DNA of 64,000 bases from Chrysomallon squamiferum (GCA_012295275.1 CM022676.1:9300001-9364000); one strand, 5' to 3'. Counted from the stretch's first letter, positions 1-15,570 are shown. Notes: generated from the sequence alone by a model not told the origin. Made by a program: numbers and translations.

Positions 1-425
1 ATAATAATACAAGAAGAATAAGAAACAACAATAATAATAAAGATAATAATAACAAAACAATAATAATAACAACAACAACAACAACAAAATAAATAAAGTT
101 TAAAAAAGAGACACTTTAGCCTGATACTACATCAACATTACAAGAACACAAAGCAGGTTTAACCTGTCAATGGAAACAACCAGATTAACACAGGTTTACA
201 CGAAACCAAAATGGCCGCCACATCACTTCAAAGAAGATTTTTCATGTCAGACTTTGCTGGGAAAGGTTTTCAGACAAGAAGAAAAGAAGATTACTGTGTG
301 TGTTATTCTTTTTCTTGTTTTTCTTTTTTTATTCTGGTAGAAAAAAAATAATAATAATACTGTAGAAGATTTTGAAAATATGTTGATATTGTCTTCTTTT
401 TTTTTTCTATGTTTCTTTTTCTTTT

Positions 426-462
<37 letters not shown>

Positions 463-3255
463 TATTATATATTTTTTTAAAATTATTCTTTTATTGTCTT
501 GGACAGAAAAAGAGACAGAGAAAGAATCTGTACTGAAAAATGAGATGAGAATGAAATAATGAAGAATACTATAAAATTTGTATTCATCATTGAAAGAATG
601 GACAAAATGGACACAGTGAGAGAAAAAGAAGGAAAGGTAATCATAGAAAGAAAACAGAAAAAAGACAGAAACAAAAAGAATGAAAGACAGAAGGACAGAT
701 ACAGAGAAATAATAATTAAGAACATAAAAGAGAGCAATAAACACACACACAAAAAAATAAAAAAAAATAAAATAAAATTTGTAACAGCAAGAGACAATAA
801 ATTAGAAACAAAAAATTTTTTTACAGAGGTAAAAAAAGAGAATAATGGTAACTAATTTTGAAACTACATATTTATTCTTCTTTCTTTTTTTTTTTTTTTT
901 TTTTTTTTTTTTCTCAATTCAACTGACGTCTGTCTGGCACTCAGACACTGAATCTGCTGCCAGTTGTTTAGAAAATAGTTTTCTTTTTTCATTTTAAATT
1001 TTCTACTCAGGTTTTTAACTGCTTAAACATATGTGGACTTTTTCTTTTCATGATGGTAACATATGTTCCTGTTTACATTTTCTTAACAAAACAGTTTTAG
1101 GTTTCCATTATGTGCTTGGGAAAGTCTGATAAAAACTAAGAAAAAAAAAAAAAATTAATTAACATTTGCTAATGTTAAAAGTTCACTTGATAGAAATTTA
1201 TACTTCTATTGGGATCTAATATTACTAATAAAAAAAAACATTGTCTTTAGAAATCGTTAAATATTATATGGGTTAAAAAGAAGGTGTATTAAAAAGTTAA
1301 TAAAGTATATTTATCCGTAAAAAGATTTTATTTCCAATTTTTGTTTTTATATTCAGGTGTTGTTGTTTTTTTATTGACGGGGTTAATGTTTTGTGTATTA
1401 AAAGGTATCTGTCTGTGTATATGTCTGTGTTAGTGTATATTTTAGTCCATATGCATATAATATTTATTTACATGGGTGTTTGTATACAAGTGTCTGTGTG
1501 TGCATGTGTACTTGTGTCTGTGTACAGTTTGTGTACATGTGTCTGCGTGTACATGTGTACTTGTGCCTGTGTGTTTGTGTACATGTGTCTGTGTGTACAT
1601 GTGGGCATGTGTGAGTATTTGTATCTTTGTATTTGCGTATTTGAATATCTGTGTTAGTGCATATTACAACAATGTCTGCCTATGTTTATGTGCACATTCC
1701 TGTGTTTGTGTTTGCATGTGCATGTGTGTATATGTTACAAGGTCGGCATCATATCAGGCAACACCTAACACAACAGCAACAAATAAAAAAAACATCAAAA
1801 ATTAATTTATATAATTACTGTATCACTCTGGGATGTAATATTTATTTGTCTAATATTGATAACAACAGCAAAAAAATTTACCAGCAGAAAACAAAAACAA
1901 ATAATTACAAAGGTAACATAAAACATTTTTACTTGCAGTACGTTGACTGTAAAAATGGATCGCTAATGAGAAAAGCAATCAATAAAAACACACCTGAGTG
2001 AATACAGGTGTATAAAATGCTTGTAACAGAAGATCAATCAAGGTGAGTGTGCAAATTAATGTTTTCCAGATGTGAATGAAAAATGAATGCAGTGCGTGCT
2101 TTTACATGTCTGTGGGGGGGGACCACGCCCACTGAAGATGCAGGGGTGGGTGGGCAGGGGGCAGGGCTAAACAGTCACACAAACAAAAAGGTGTGAATGC
2201 ATGTGCTCATGAACACACACACACACACACATGTTGGCACAAAAGCTAACAAACAAATTCATGCACAAACATAGGCAGATGTCCACAAAAATATATACAC
2301 ACTCACATACACACATACACACACACACACACAAACACATACACACACATACACACACACACATACACACACATACACACATATACAATGCACACATACA
2401 CACACACATACATATACACACACATATACACATATATACACACATAGTTGCACAAAGCTCTACCCATTATAACTATGTCTCTACCCACTATAACTAAGTC
2501 TCTAAAGATAACCGGAAAAGCCAAAAATCATAATAACATATAGGCAGTGATGGAAGACTTTATACTCTGACCCTCTACAAAAGCAGTCTGTATAAAAACA
2601 GACTAAGTTTTTTCTTTTTTTCAAAATACCAAACAAATTTAAAAAAGCCACAGTGCAGTCATCCTGAAAATATCTGTACGTAATTAATGAAACCTTCATG
2701 GAGGAAAATGAAAAAAAAAAAAAGTTCAAGTTTTTGGAAAACCTCATGGAGGAAAGTTGGAAATTTAATCAAGTGAAAAATGTTAAACAGGTACGTCCAT
2801 AGACAAATGGATTAACAAGTGAACCGCGACAATGAGTGTATATATATATGTGTGTGTGTGTTGTATCTCTTGAGCGAATGTCTTTTTCACTTTCACTTTG
2901 ATGTCATGGTTGACTGAATACTGATGTTCTCTTGTTTGGGGAAGTGAATTAAAACAGCTGGGGGGTGAAATAACCTGTTGTTAAAGTTTAATACAGCTGT
3001 TTGAGAAACTGACAATGAATTTGTTATCTTGTTACAAAAATCTTAAAGTTAAAAACAAATTTATTAATATGTTCCCGGCAAACAGATGTTTATAATTATA
3101 ATGCTTGATTAAGCAAATGTTGATATATATTTTTTTTTTCATATTTGTTTCCATCTCTCTATCTTTGAGTCTCTATTTCTGTTTACTTATTTTTCTCTCT
3201 CTCTCGTTAGTTTTTTCTATTTCTTTCATTTTCATTATAATCTCTCTTTCTCCCC

Positions 3256-3307
<52 letters not shown>

Positions 3308-3318
3308 CCTCCCTCCCC

Positions 3319-3367
<49 letters not shown>

Positions 3368-3674
3368 ACTCTTGTTCTTTCTCTCCTTCTTTCCATCTAA
3401 CTACATTCTTTCTTTTTCTTTCTATTCCCTTCCTTTCACAATATGTGTGTGTGTGTGAGTGTGTCTGTGAGTGTGTGTGTGTATGTATGTGTGGGGTGAA
3501 CTTGTCCCACCTTTCAATTCTAACATTTACAAAGCAGACACAGCTTTAGAAACATGCGCACTAAACACTGTTAGGTTTTATATTTCACAACAAAACAGAG
3601 CCCACTGCAGAAACCACAGCTTGTACCAGAGAGAGGCAAAACCTTTCTGGAAAAATCATTCCACTTGAGACATG

Positions 3675-3706
<32 letters not shown>

Positions 3707-3879
3707 GGCAAAGTCCACTACTAATAAATTTTTTTTTTTTTTTTTACTTGTAAAATTTCGCTGACCACAAAACTGCCAACAACTGCTTTATTTTCTTCTT
3801 CATCAGTTTGAAATACTCTGCCTAGTGATTATTTGAAAAAAAACAAAAAAACTTGTGAAACTCAAAAGCAGTAAACTCA

Positions 3880-4365
3880 AAAATATACTATCTACTTAAC
3901 AACAACTAATATAATCTGTGAAAATTCTATCTTCTATAAAGCTGTAGTTGTGAAATCCAAAAAGTAATTCAAACTTTCTTGAATTACGTGCTAAACAAAT
4001 AGTGTTTCTAATAGTGTTTGAAATCTGAATACTAATACATATTGTTCTGAATACTATCAGCTATACGACTGATAACAATAATTTGTTCATTCTGAAGCCT
4101 AATACAAATATTTCAGAATACTATCTACTATACAACTAATAACAATAATTTTTGTAAATTTGAACAATAATTCAGACATTTTGGAAAACTATCTTCCATA
4201 CAACTTATAACAATAACTTTCTATATCAGAACAATAACTCAAGACATTTTCGAATACTATCTTCCATACAACTGATAACAATAACTTTCTCAAATCGCAA
4301 CAATCATCTCAAAACTATCACAATACTATCGTCTAAACAACCAGTGTCTAGTAATTTGTGAAACC
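3880..4365. repeat. Degenerate ~68-bp tandem repeat
   Basis: Recurring AATACTATC...TACAACT(G/A)ATAACAATAA at roughly 4050, 4117, 4186, 4253 and 4322. Confidence 0.65.
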
Positions 4366-6212
4366 CAAACAAAGTCTTCTTTTGACAAAATGCAGAGACT
4401 GCCGGCTCCCACAAGTTCGCTGAACCATGAAATATCTTATTTATGTCACAGCGGGACATCCCATTATAAAAAAATAAAATAATCTTTTATACATTTTCTG
4501 TGACATCTCAAATACACCACAACTTTTTTTTTTAATTTTTTTTTTCTTAATCATGTGACCTGAGGCACCATGAACAGTCATTTCAAGGTTATGGATGATC
4601 AGTTTGCAAATTACAGGTACTGTGTGGAAAATAGCATATATATCTCTTTTTTGTATATAATGGCTGTGTTTCTTTCACAAACAGGCTGTACTGTGTAAAA
4701 GATATTTGATGTTTGTTATATGTGAAATTTTCCCAGAGATATTTTGTATAAAAATAAATAGAAATAAAATAGGCAACTTTTTTTCTCATGCATGAAGGGG
4801 ATTTTTTTTTCTTCTTCTTCTTTAAAATTTCTTAATGTATAATTTATAGGTTTTCTTAATGTACATTTACACGAATATGTGTGTCTGTGTGTGTAGATGT
4901 GTGTATTGGCTGAATGTAGGTGAGTGTGTACATACACATGTTTGTGTGTGCATGTGAGAGAGAGAGAGAGAGAGAGAGAGAAAAGAAAGAGTGATGGAGA
5001 GAGAAAGTGAAAAGAGGAATCAAAGAGTTTTACCAGGTTTAAATTGAACTATACTTTACACATAATCATTAACCTTCTTTCAAATTTTAGCTGTTATCAT
5101 TTTTATTTATTTAAATTCTCCCTGTTTTATTTTTAAATATGTACAGAACTAAATAAAAGAACCATGCACACAAATACACAAATTAAAACATATAATGCAG
5201 TAGCATTTATTTACATTTCTATCTTTGTTTTGTTTTAAATATGTTACTTTCAGTATGACTCTCCATTAACATTATTTATTGTTATTGTTATTGTTATTGT
5301 TGTTGTTGCTGTTGTTGCTGTTGTCATTCAAGGTGAACTGAAATACTATATCCTTCTCACTTTTTTAAACTTGGTTTTTCTTTACAAGGTGACAAATAGA
5401 TTTGAAAACCAGGTAGATATTCATACAGATAAATTTGTAATTAATCTTCTTTCAACTTTCAGGTAAACAATACAACATTTTTTCTTTTTCTTTTCTTTTC
5501 TTTTTTCTAAAATTTTATTAAATACTTCTTTGTCTAAAGCTGATTTACATTATATACAAACTATTAACCTTTTAAAATATTCCACTTTAATATTATTATT
5601 ATTACTAACATTATTATTATTATTATTATTATTATTATAACTGTAATTTTTGTTTTTGTTTTATTGTTGTTATCGCTGTAATTATTATTATTATCTCACA
5701 TATATGTTAATGTTACATATAAATACACATTACATCATCTAACATGAGGATTGGTGATTAACATTCATTTACCTTACAGGTAAAAAAAAAAAAAAAAACA
5801 CGTCATAAAGATGACATTTATTCTTTCTTTTTTTTCAATTTCCTCTTTAATTTTAATTTAATTTTAATTTTTGTTTTTTTTATCTGCCCACACACCTATC
5901 CTACATTTCCACCTATTCTAGCAATCTTCTTTCAAGGTACAGTTTATACAGGTAATGCTGCACACCTGGTTTACACCTGACAGGTCTCCACCCACCTGTA
6001 AGGTAAGGCTTTGACCCAGGTGACAAAAGGTTGTCATGGTGATCGCTTTGTCTGCAGAAATCTCTCTTTTGACATGGTTGAGCGGTCAAGTGGTCAAGAC
6101 AATGAGGCTACATTTGAGTTAACAGTTGTTTGTTGTGTCTGCTCAGTTCAGTGGAAAGGTTTTTAATGATTTTGAAACAAGACTTGAAAAACGTACACAG
6201 ATACTTATTATG

Positions 6213-6214
<2 letters not shown>

Positions 6215-6257
<43 letters not shown>

Positions 6258-6645
6258 ATGTATGTGTGTGTGTATGTATGTATGCTTATATGTATGTATG
6301 TATGTATGTGTGTGTGTGTATGTGTATATGTATGTATGTATGTGTGTGTGTGTATGTATGTATGTATGTATGTATGTGTGTGTGTGTATGTATGTATGTA
6401 TGTATGTGTGTGTATGTGTGTGTATGTGTGTGTGTGTGTATGTGTGTGTGTGTGTGTGTGTATGTGAGTGTGTGTATGTATGTGTGTGTGTATGTATGTA
6501 TGTATGTATGTATGTATGTGTGTGTATGTATGTGTATGTATGTATGTGTGTGTGTGTATTGTGTGTATGTATGTATGTATGTATGTGTGTATGTATTGTA
6601 TGTATATTCAACCAATACAAACATCTTTACATCTATATGTATGTA

Positions 6646-6676
<31 letters not shown>

Positions 6677-6794
6677 GTATGTATGTATGTTGTTTGTGTA
6701 TATGTGTGTGTGTGTGTATGTACATATGTCTGTATGTATGTATGTATATTCAACTCACCTATATTCATACAAAAATCTATCTTTATATCTACAC

Positions 6795-6829
<35 letters not shown>

Positions 6830-6845
6830 CAGACCATACACACAC
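6215..6845. repeat. (TG)n/(TATG)n microsatellite block
   Basis: Directly visible. Similar blocks at 11750-12215, 20020-20365, 31780-32015, 45455-45715 and 55580-55770. Confidence 0.95.
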
Positions 6846-7649
6846 AAAAATATTCTCATAGAATTCAGTTTATCTCAAGTATCTCTTATTATGTGTCAGT
6901 CTGTCAGTCTGTAATTTGAGAATATATGCAAGAAGATTAAAGAATAAAAAAAAACCAAAAACAAAACGTGCCAAACATACAAAATTCGGACTTAAAATTC
7001 AAAAAATTTCAAATCAGCCAAGTAACACAGACATTCCAATTTGAGTCAACATGTCTTAAAAGTTTATTTCAGAATTTCCGTCCTAACCTTTTTTTTTTTG
7101 TCTACCTTTAAATCCCTGAAATATTCATAACTTTGCAGCAAGAAATTTTTTGTCATTTAAAAATTTTAAAAATAAACATCATGACTTCCTGTCTTTTATT
7201 GTACAAACAAAACCGAAAAACAAAAAAAAAAAAAGAAAGAAAGAAAGAAAATTGGAAAACAGAATTTAAAAAGTTAATATAAATCAGAAATTTACACTGA
7301 TTTTATTAAAGATTTTTTTTTATATTTTTAATCATTTATCTGTTTATTTATTTATTTATTAATAAAAAGTAAACTGTACGTTGATACACATTTATTCTTT
7401 TTTCTCTTTATGCACTTATTTATTGTGTTATTTCTTGCTTTGTTTTTATATCTATTTACTTATTCTGTTTCTTTATTTATTTATATATTTATTTGTTCTG
7501 CTATTTATTTATTATCATTACTATTTCTTTCTATCTTTCTGTGATTTTTTAATTACAATTAATTATTTTCTTCTATTATTTATTTATTTTCATTACTATT
7601 TCTTTCTATCTTTCTATGTTTATATAATTGCAATTAATTATTTTCTTCT

Positions 7650-7680
<31 letters not shown>

Positions 7681-8141
7681 TACAAACCAGCAGAAAAAAA
7701 CCAAACCATTTTGAAGCCTGTAAAACTAACCTTTAAGATACATCTAAAAAAAATAAAATGTAAAAAAAATAATAACAAAAATAAAAAATAGATAAAAAAA
7801 ACAACTGCCAAAAACCATACTAACAAAAAGAATAAAAAAAAAATAAAGTCTTTGCTATTATTGCTAAACTGTTCCCACCAGTGCCATGTATAACATCTTG
7901 TCATTTTTTAACACTTACATTGATACCATGGTTACGACTGAGTGACACATCACAATGACTTCAGCGTTAAATGTTTACATGAATAGGAATGAGTGAATAA
8001 AAACATGTCCATAAAAAAGAAAACAAGATTTGTAAATGTAAAACTTTGTACATGCTTATTGTAACATTGTAATAATATAATAATAATATATTAGTACATT
8101 GTTATAATAATAATAATAATAATAATAAATTAGTAGATTGT

Positions 8142-8174
<33 letters not shown>

Positions 8175-8348
8175 TAATAATAATAATAATTTATTATTAT
8201 TATTATAATTGCTATGCTGATGATGATGATAAATAAATAAATAATGGTAAAAATAGCAACTGCAGTAAGATTAGATGCTAAGTATGCAGTAATGATTATA
8301 ACAGAAATACAGATAACTAAATAATAAAAATAAATATAATTAAATGCA

Positions 8349-8460
<112 letters not shown>

Positions 8461-9025
8461 GAAACAAAAGAGAGGTAGATAGAGATAGACAGAAAAATAA
8501 GGTCTATCTGAATGAATAAAATGAAAGAAAGATTGAATCATAGGTAAATACATAGATACTAGACAGACAAATTTAAAAAGAAAGAGATTGAAAAAAAAGA
8601 GTGTCTGAGGAGACAAAGAGAATTCACAGAAAAAAAATAAAGACCAGATGGAGAAAACAGTTTAAATATAATACGAGAAAATATATTTATCATGTCTTCT
8701 CATTCCAAATCAAGCTAGTAAACACACCCAAACAATCGCAAAAATATGCACCATTTGGTTTCCATAGCAACGCACTCAATCAGCCCGATTGTAGAGAAAA
8801 AATCCAGGTAAGCTGACAGTTTACCTTTAACGAGTTATTAACGAAGAGAAACAGAGCTTTGATGTTCATCGGGGTGTGGCCAATCAATAGGATTTAACAC
8901 ATCAATTATTGATGCACATTCTTTGAGGAGTGTACAGCTTCAGCTTTCTGTCTGTACAGGGATATGTCTGTGTGAAATTAAATGCAGAACAATGTAGATA
9001 ATTGTATATTTGTGTGTGGATGGTG

Positions 9026-9058
<33 letters not shown>

Positions 9059-9099
9059 AAAACACACATATAATACACATATATACATTAAAATGATTA

Positions 9100-9134
<35 letters not shown>

Positions 9135-9224
9135 TATAATACACATATATACATTAAAATGATTAATATATATATATATATACACACACACATATTATAC
9201 ACATATATACATTAATACATGTAT

Positions 9225-9260
<36 letters not shown>

Positions 9261-9845
9261 GCACAATGTTTGTGTATGTGTACTTCCTATATATGTTTGT
9301 ATATAATGTTTCTATATATCAGATACATATATACATAGATACATACACAGACACACAAAAAGCACATACATAAATGTATATATGTATATATCATTATTAT
9401 ATGTATGTATCTACAGGTATGTATATTTATGACTGTGTATATATATATATATATATATGCCAATAACAGTTAATATTTAAATATACAAAAACCCTGAACT
9501 GAAGAAAAAAAAATAGAAGAAAAAAAAGAAGAAGAAGAAGAAAAAAAAAGCTTATGATCAAATACTATCTGCACCAACTGCTCACGGTTGGAACAGGAAA
9601 ACCAGATTTACATTTTACAACACCTTAATCTTTAGTCTATTCAGTACTGACAATTCTGTACAAACAACCAATGACCATTTTAAAAATTTATAAACATCTT
9701 CATAACAGTATTTTTCTCACAAGCAAACATTTTACTCAATCAAAAAGTATCTGTTTTTTAATTACTAGTGAAAATCAAATTCATTTATTACTTTTTACAC
9801 CCACACCCCTTTCATTACCACCTATCATCCATCTTACAGCTGATG

Positions 9846-9861
9846 TCACCAGAGGGCACTG
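9846..9861 (+). promoter_or_regulatory. CTCF-like motif (weaker)
   Basis: TCACCAGAGGGCACTG. Confidence 0.4.
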
Positions 9862-11965
9862 ATCATCACTGATGTATGTAAATGAACGAAGCTGCCTGGC
9901 TTTTGTGTCAAATCAGGTATAGGTTACATGACGGTATTTAACACCGTGAGGAACAGATTATATGTTGTAATGTAATATGGAAAAATATTTTCACTGTGGT
10001 GTAATACAGGAAAATATTTCACTGTAATGTAATATTAATGCTATAAATATATGTAAGTAAGCATGTGGTCTGTATGTGCATGAGTGTTGGTTTAAAAATT
10101 TCAAATCTTTTTATGGACTTTTAAGGAGTGTAATAAGTCTTTTTCTTTTCATCCATTTTTTTTTTTTTTTTTTTTTTTTTAAATAAATTTCTTTTAAATT
10201 TATCACCATTTTATAACACAATCTCAGATGGAAAGTTATTTATTCCTTCTTTTTTAAATTTTTTTAATTTTTTTTTTTTTTTTAATCTTTTGTACTGGAG
10301 ATTAAAGATTACTGTTGCCATAGCAACAGAACTGAATTCAGACGGTTTTGGGTTGTCGAGCACTCACTTTAATATAAAATTCAGCTTCACCCACAAGCAC
10401 ACTGCTAAATTAACAATGACTGTTTCCATGAAACCCCATTTATTAATCATGTCAAAAAGCTGGACAATAATAATAATAATAATAATAATAAAACCTTTTA
10501 TTCATAAATATTAAATAACATGTCATCATACTCACATGTTATAAAGTAATAATATAATTTTTTTTTTTTTTTTTATATATATTTTTTTTTAAATCTAATA
10601 TTATCCAATATCATCACATGGCAAAAATGGATAAATATTTCACACCTGATACCCAGACATAAAAATTACTTAAATATTAATTACGAAAACCTAATTAATT
10701 ATGCAACACACCTGAACCAATCTGCCTCTTAAAAATGACTTAAGCAGATGCAGCAACAGGGGTTCTCCATGTTAGTTATGTAACAAGGCTTGCCATTGGT
10801 CACTTTGGTTTTCTTTGTTCCAAAGAAAAGTGAGAGCTGATTTGAGTGGTTGTGTGTGTTATTGACTAACTAACAAACATGGCTGCCAGCTGGGAAACAG
10901 CAGATGTTATTATGTATGAATATATAAAATACTATGGATTATCTCACAAATGTTAAATATCAGAATTTATGCCACAGCTTGTTTATAAAAACCAGTTTTG
11001 GAAGTACTTTTACATTTAATCTTAAAATAAACAAAAAAAATAACATATATATAATAAAATAAATAATATATATATAGATAGATAGATAGATAGATAAATT
11101 GTGTTGATTAAAGTGACTATATTTTCATTTGGGTTGTTATTTTACTGATTAAAATTAATAAAACGAAATTTACACAAAATATAAATTAAGATGATATAAT
11201 ATAGCAAGTTGGTTCAATACCCTAATCAATCAATTAACTGAATTTTGAATACTAAAATATTTTTTCAGATTTAAACAAATACTTATTAACTTTTTCTGTT
11301 GATTTTTGTTAGTTTATAACACACTAATGTATGTATACATACATTTTATATATATATATATATATACATTATATATATATTTATATATATATATATTTAT
11401 ATACCATGACTGCATTCAAGTAAAAAGAATGATTACAGTAATTCACTATATTTCAATAACTTTTATTGATTTACTAAAGTAAATACCATGACAGCATCCA
11501 ACAGAACAATGGATTTATTTACTAATTTACTTTGCCGCTGTATATCCCTGTAACTTTAATTTACTTAATCCAAGCAAATCAAACCCCAGCTACACACAAT
11601 ACTCCTTTATTTTACCTGTGATGTAACATTACAGAGCTGTCAAAGACTTCTTCAAAATGTCAAATTAAAAGTAATTACTTCAAGTCTCACTCATTGAACT
11701 GTAGGATTAGCAAGTTACACAATACATGTTGTTTTTACAATAGACCTTTCAACATACATACATACATACATACATACATAGTACACACACACATACATAC
11801 ATATACATACACACATACATACTAACATACATACATACATACATACATATATACATACATACATATATACATACATACACACACACATACATACATAAAT
11901 ACATACACAAGTACACATACACACACATACATATATATACAGACACACAGACATACATACATACT

Positions 11966-11999
<34 letters not shown>

Positions 12000-12181
12000 T
12001 ACATACATACATACATACATACATACATAAGTACACATACACACACATACATACAGACACACAGACATGTATGTACATACATACATACATAGTACACACA
12101 CACACACATACATACATACATATGTACACACATATATACATACATAAATACACACACATACATACATAAATACACATACAT

Positions 12182-12214
<33 letters not shown>

Positions 12215-12401
12215 ATAAATAAATAAGCTGAAAAATTTCCTACACAATATCCCAAATCCATTTCCCCTCACTAAAAATAAAAACAAACAAACAACCCCCC
12301 CCCACTGTACATAGCTCTGGAATCATATTTGCTGACAAGTTAATTACTTCTGAAGTACGGTGAAAGTATTTTTCACTTGAGTGTGCACAGTACAGCCGGC
12401 C

Positions 12402-12465
<64 letters not shown>

Positions 12466-12728
12466 GACCCAGTACTTGGAGTGGTTCTGACAGTATTGTG
12501 ATGATAATGATGCAGATCCTGACAGGGTACAATCACGAAATGAAGAGATAACCAAGGCAAGACCACCAGCACAGCATGGACAATTAATTACTGAGCCGGT
12601 GGGGTGGGGTATGTGGGGGGTGTATTCATTTATGGCTTACTATAAAACAGTGGGGGGATCGAGAGTGGTAATCATTTTAATAAATCTGTACATTATTGTT
12701 CTTCTCTACATGCTTTGTGGATTATTGC

Positions 12729-12784
<56 letters not shown>

Positions 12785-14377
12785 AAAATAAACAGAAACA
12801 AAAATAAAGGCATTGACAGAGATAAAAAAACATGCAGAAAGAAATAAAAAGTTTATGAGAAACAAAAAAAAAAAAATTAATTTCAGGACTAAATTATACC
12901 TGATTATGTAGATAAAAACCGCAATAAACCTAAACAAAATACCTCAGAGGTCTATTTTAAAAAAAAAAACAAAAATTGATTCCATGTTTAAAAATCAATT
13001 CAAATCAGAATCAATCAACAAGAAGCAATAACCTGTTTCCAAACTCAATAAAAAAATGTAAAAAAAAGCTTTAAAAGTTTAAAAAAAAAAAAATTCACTG
13101 AATATCACTAAAAAAAAAAAAAAAAATTCTTCATCAAAAAGCGTTATTTGAAAAGGACTCACGATTTTAAACAGGCCTGAATCTGGTTCTCCGAACTTAA
13201 TAAAAGGCAGATTTGATTCGTGACTCACGGCCGCCAACTCAAACATGAATCGAATTGTAATTTACTAATAAAACTGAGGCAAAAGCTTCTGTGCATTTCC
13301 ATCGTCACGGTTATCAAAACGAGATTAAATTATTGCTCTGTTATCTCAGTAAAATTTGATTATTGTAATTATCTCAGCATATAATGGGTTAATTAACTTT
13401 CAAGTGGTGAAAGCTGAAGATTCGATTCATTTCGATTCATCACCGCCAAGTCAGAAAGTTCATGAACTCCCATCAGCCATGAGATAAAATTATTTATTAT
13501 TATAACTGTGAGATAAAATTATGTATTACATCATCATGAAATAAAATTATTTAAATTTGATTAAAGGTCAATAAACCTTCTTATCTGTTAAACTTGAAGA
13601 TGAATGGATGTATTGAAAGTGACAAGAATATATATATATCTATATATATAATGTAGAGGCACACACAGACACACACACACACAGGCACACACATTTTCAC
13701 ACAGAGAAAATCTAGACAAAATATTTTCCCCCCAGAATCCACAAAGAACAAAATCTACAGAGACCTAGCCTGTTTTAAAAATAATAAAAATAAATCTATA
13801 ACTTGTAAACATGCATGTTGAAACAGTGAAATGAAAGAGAGTAATTACGTGTGTTGTTTACGCTGTTGTTTATCAAATATTGATTACCTGGTAAATAAAC
13901 ATACAGGTATTGATCTGCTCAGGTAAACGAAATACAGGTATAATATCAAATACTCAAAGTATTAAATTTTTATATGTTTTTATTATTAAAATGTTTGTGT
14001 AATTTTTTTTTTTTTTTTTTTTTTAATTTAACATTTTGGTGAATGAATAAATAAATAAACTAACAAGATGTTAAATATTTGCTGGGTTGTTGTTTTTTTC
14101 GTTTTTTTTTTTTAATTTAATTTGTTTTATACTAATAGTAACAGTTAAGCATCATAGAAAAAAAATACTTTAAATATTTTATTTAAATTAAGGGTTAGTT
14201 ATCAGTGATTTGTCACATTATTGTATGCAAGTGCTTGGGTGTGTATGTGTATAGATATATGATTCATGTATGTGTTTGTATATGTATATGTTACTTGTGT
14301 ATGTACTGTATACGACAGTATGTGTATATATATATATTATTTTTTTTGATATATATGTCTTAGTGTGTGTGTGTTTT

Positions 14378-14433
<56 letters not shown>

Positions 14434-14570
14434 TAATAATAATAAAAATAATAATAATAATAAATAAAAAAATAATACAACTGTATTACAACACAACACA
14501 TCCACACATTAAAAAGAAGAAGAAGAAAAAAATGTAAGCTAGATTTAAAAAAAAATATTATTAAACTTAC

Positions 14571-14580
14571 CGTCACCCAT
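14571..14580 (-). CDS. Candidate first coding exon M-G-D-(x), phase-1 donor; gene unidentified
   Basis: The minus strand reads GAAGTC ATG GGT GAC G|GTAAGT (good start context, perfect donor). It is preceded by about 1 kb of largely non-repetitive, CpG-enriched sequence. Confidence 0.4.
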
Positions 14581-15169
14581 GACTTCAATGAAGCAGAAAC
14601 AAGTAAATCCTAAATAATAAAAAAAACGATTTTTCAACTTTCTCACTGAAAGGATTCCCGCTAAAACTCGTTACAGAAACACAACCTGCGTTCAGAATTT
14701 GTTCATTTTGTCGAGAAAACCTTAAACAAACTTTGCGTAGTCTTCCTCAAACATCGAGCTGAAATGCGTGGAAAATCTGGTTCCCAGAGTGACCCTTTTC
14801 TTCTTCTTCTTCTTTTAACTTAGAAGATAAGGAATAATCCTATTGTGATATCAACAGACGTATCTGTTTATTTTATTTTATTTTGTTATCTTAATTCTGA
14901 ATATAACAAAATAACGCTAACAAATGTAGCAAGAAAAACAAACTGTCACGTGAGACCAAATCCGAGAAACTTTCTTGTATAATTAAAAACAATCTTTATA
15001 ATCCGATTATTATCTCTTCTTTTTTTTTTTTTCTCCCATGAATTAAACAGAATGATATCACCTCTTTCAAACAGGAAAAGGGTTAGACCCAAACGTTCAG
15101 GTTAATCTCTCTCAACAAAGAGTTATGAATTTTAAGTCAAGTCTTTTTTCTTTTTTTTTTTTTCTTCCA

Positions 15170-15570
15170 CACAACACGAGAACCTTAACGGAACCTCAAC
15201 CTTGCAGGTAAACTTGGCGTTGTTCGCCTCCGAACACAAACAACACGTAGTAAAAAATCCTTTTTCTTTTCGTCACAGTGTCGCCTACGTCACTATCAAC
15301 GTATTTCCGATCCCCGTTATGTTTTCGCTCAGTTTTTTAAAGTTTATAAATAAGGAAAAATAAAACGTAATTCACGACAGTTCTCGCTCTTGATGTCCTG
15401 TGACCCTTTCCCCCTCACAAACTGGTTCTTACTACTGATGACAGCAACACCACCACAACCTGTCGCCCCTAACACGTCACAATCAACAGTTCCAACAGGT
15501 GAGAGAATCGCTTACACCGAGAATGACTCATTCGCACTCGGAGGGGACGCAGGTTGTCGACGTAGTTAAC
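15170..15570. promoter_or_regulatory. CpG-enriched promoter-like region upstream of the MGD exon
   Basis: Visibly many CpGs against a CpG-poor background. Contains CGTCA half-CRE motifs and a palindromic AP-1 site GAATGACTCATTC at 15521-15533. Confidence 0.4.

Noticed and set aside
12470-12590. Hydrophobic minus-strand stretch (AVLVVLPWLSLHFVIVPC) as the missing TM exon
   Set aside because: No polypyrimidine acceptor, no basic stop-transfer residues, and a weak donor.
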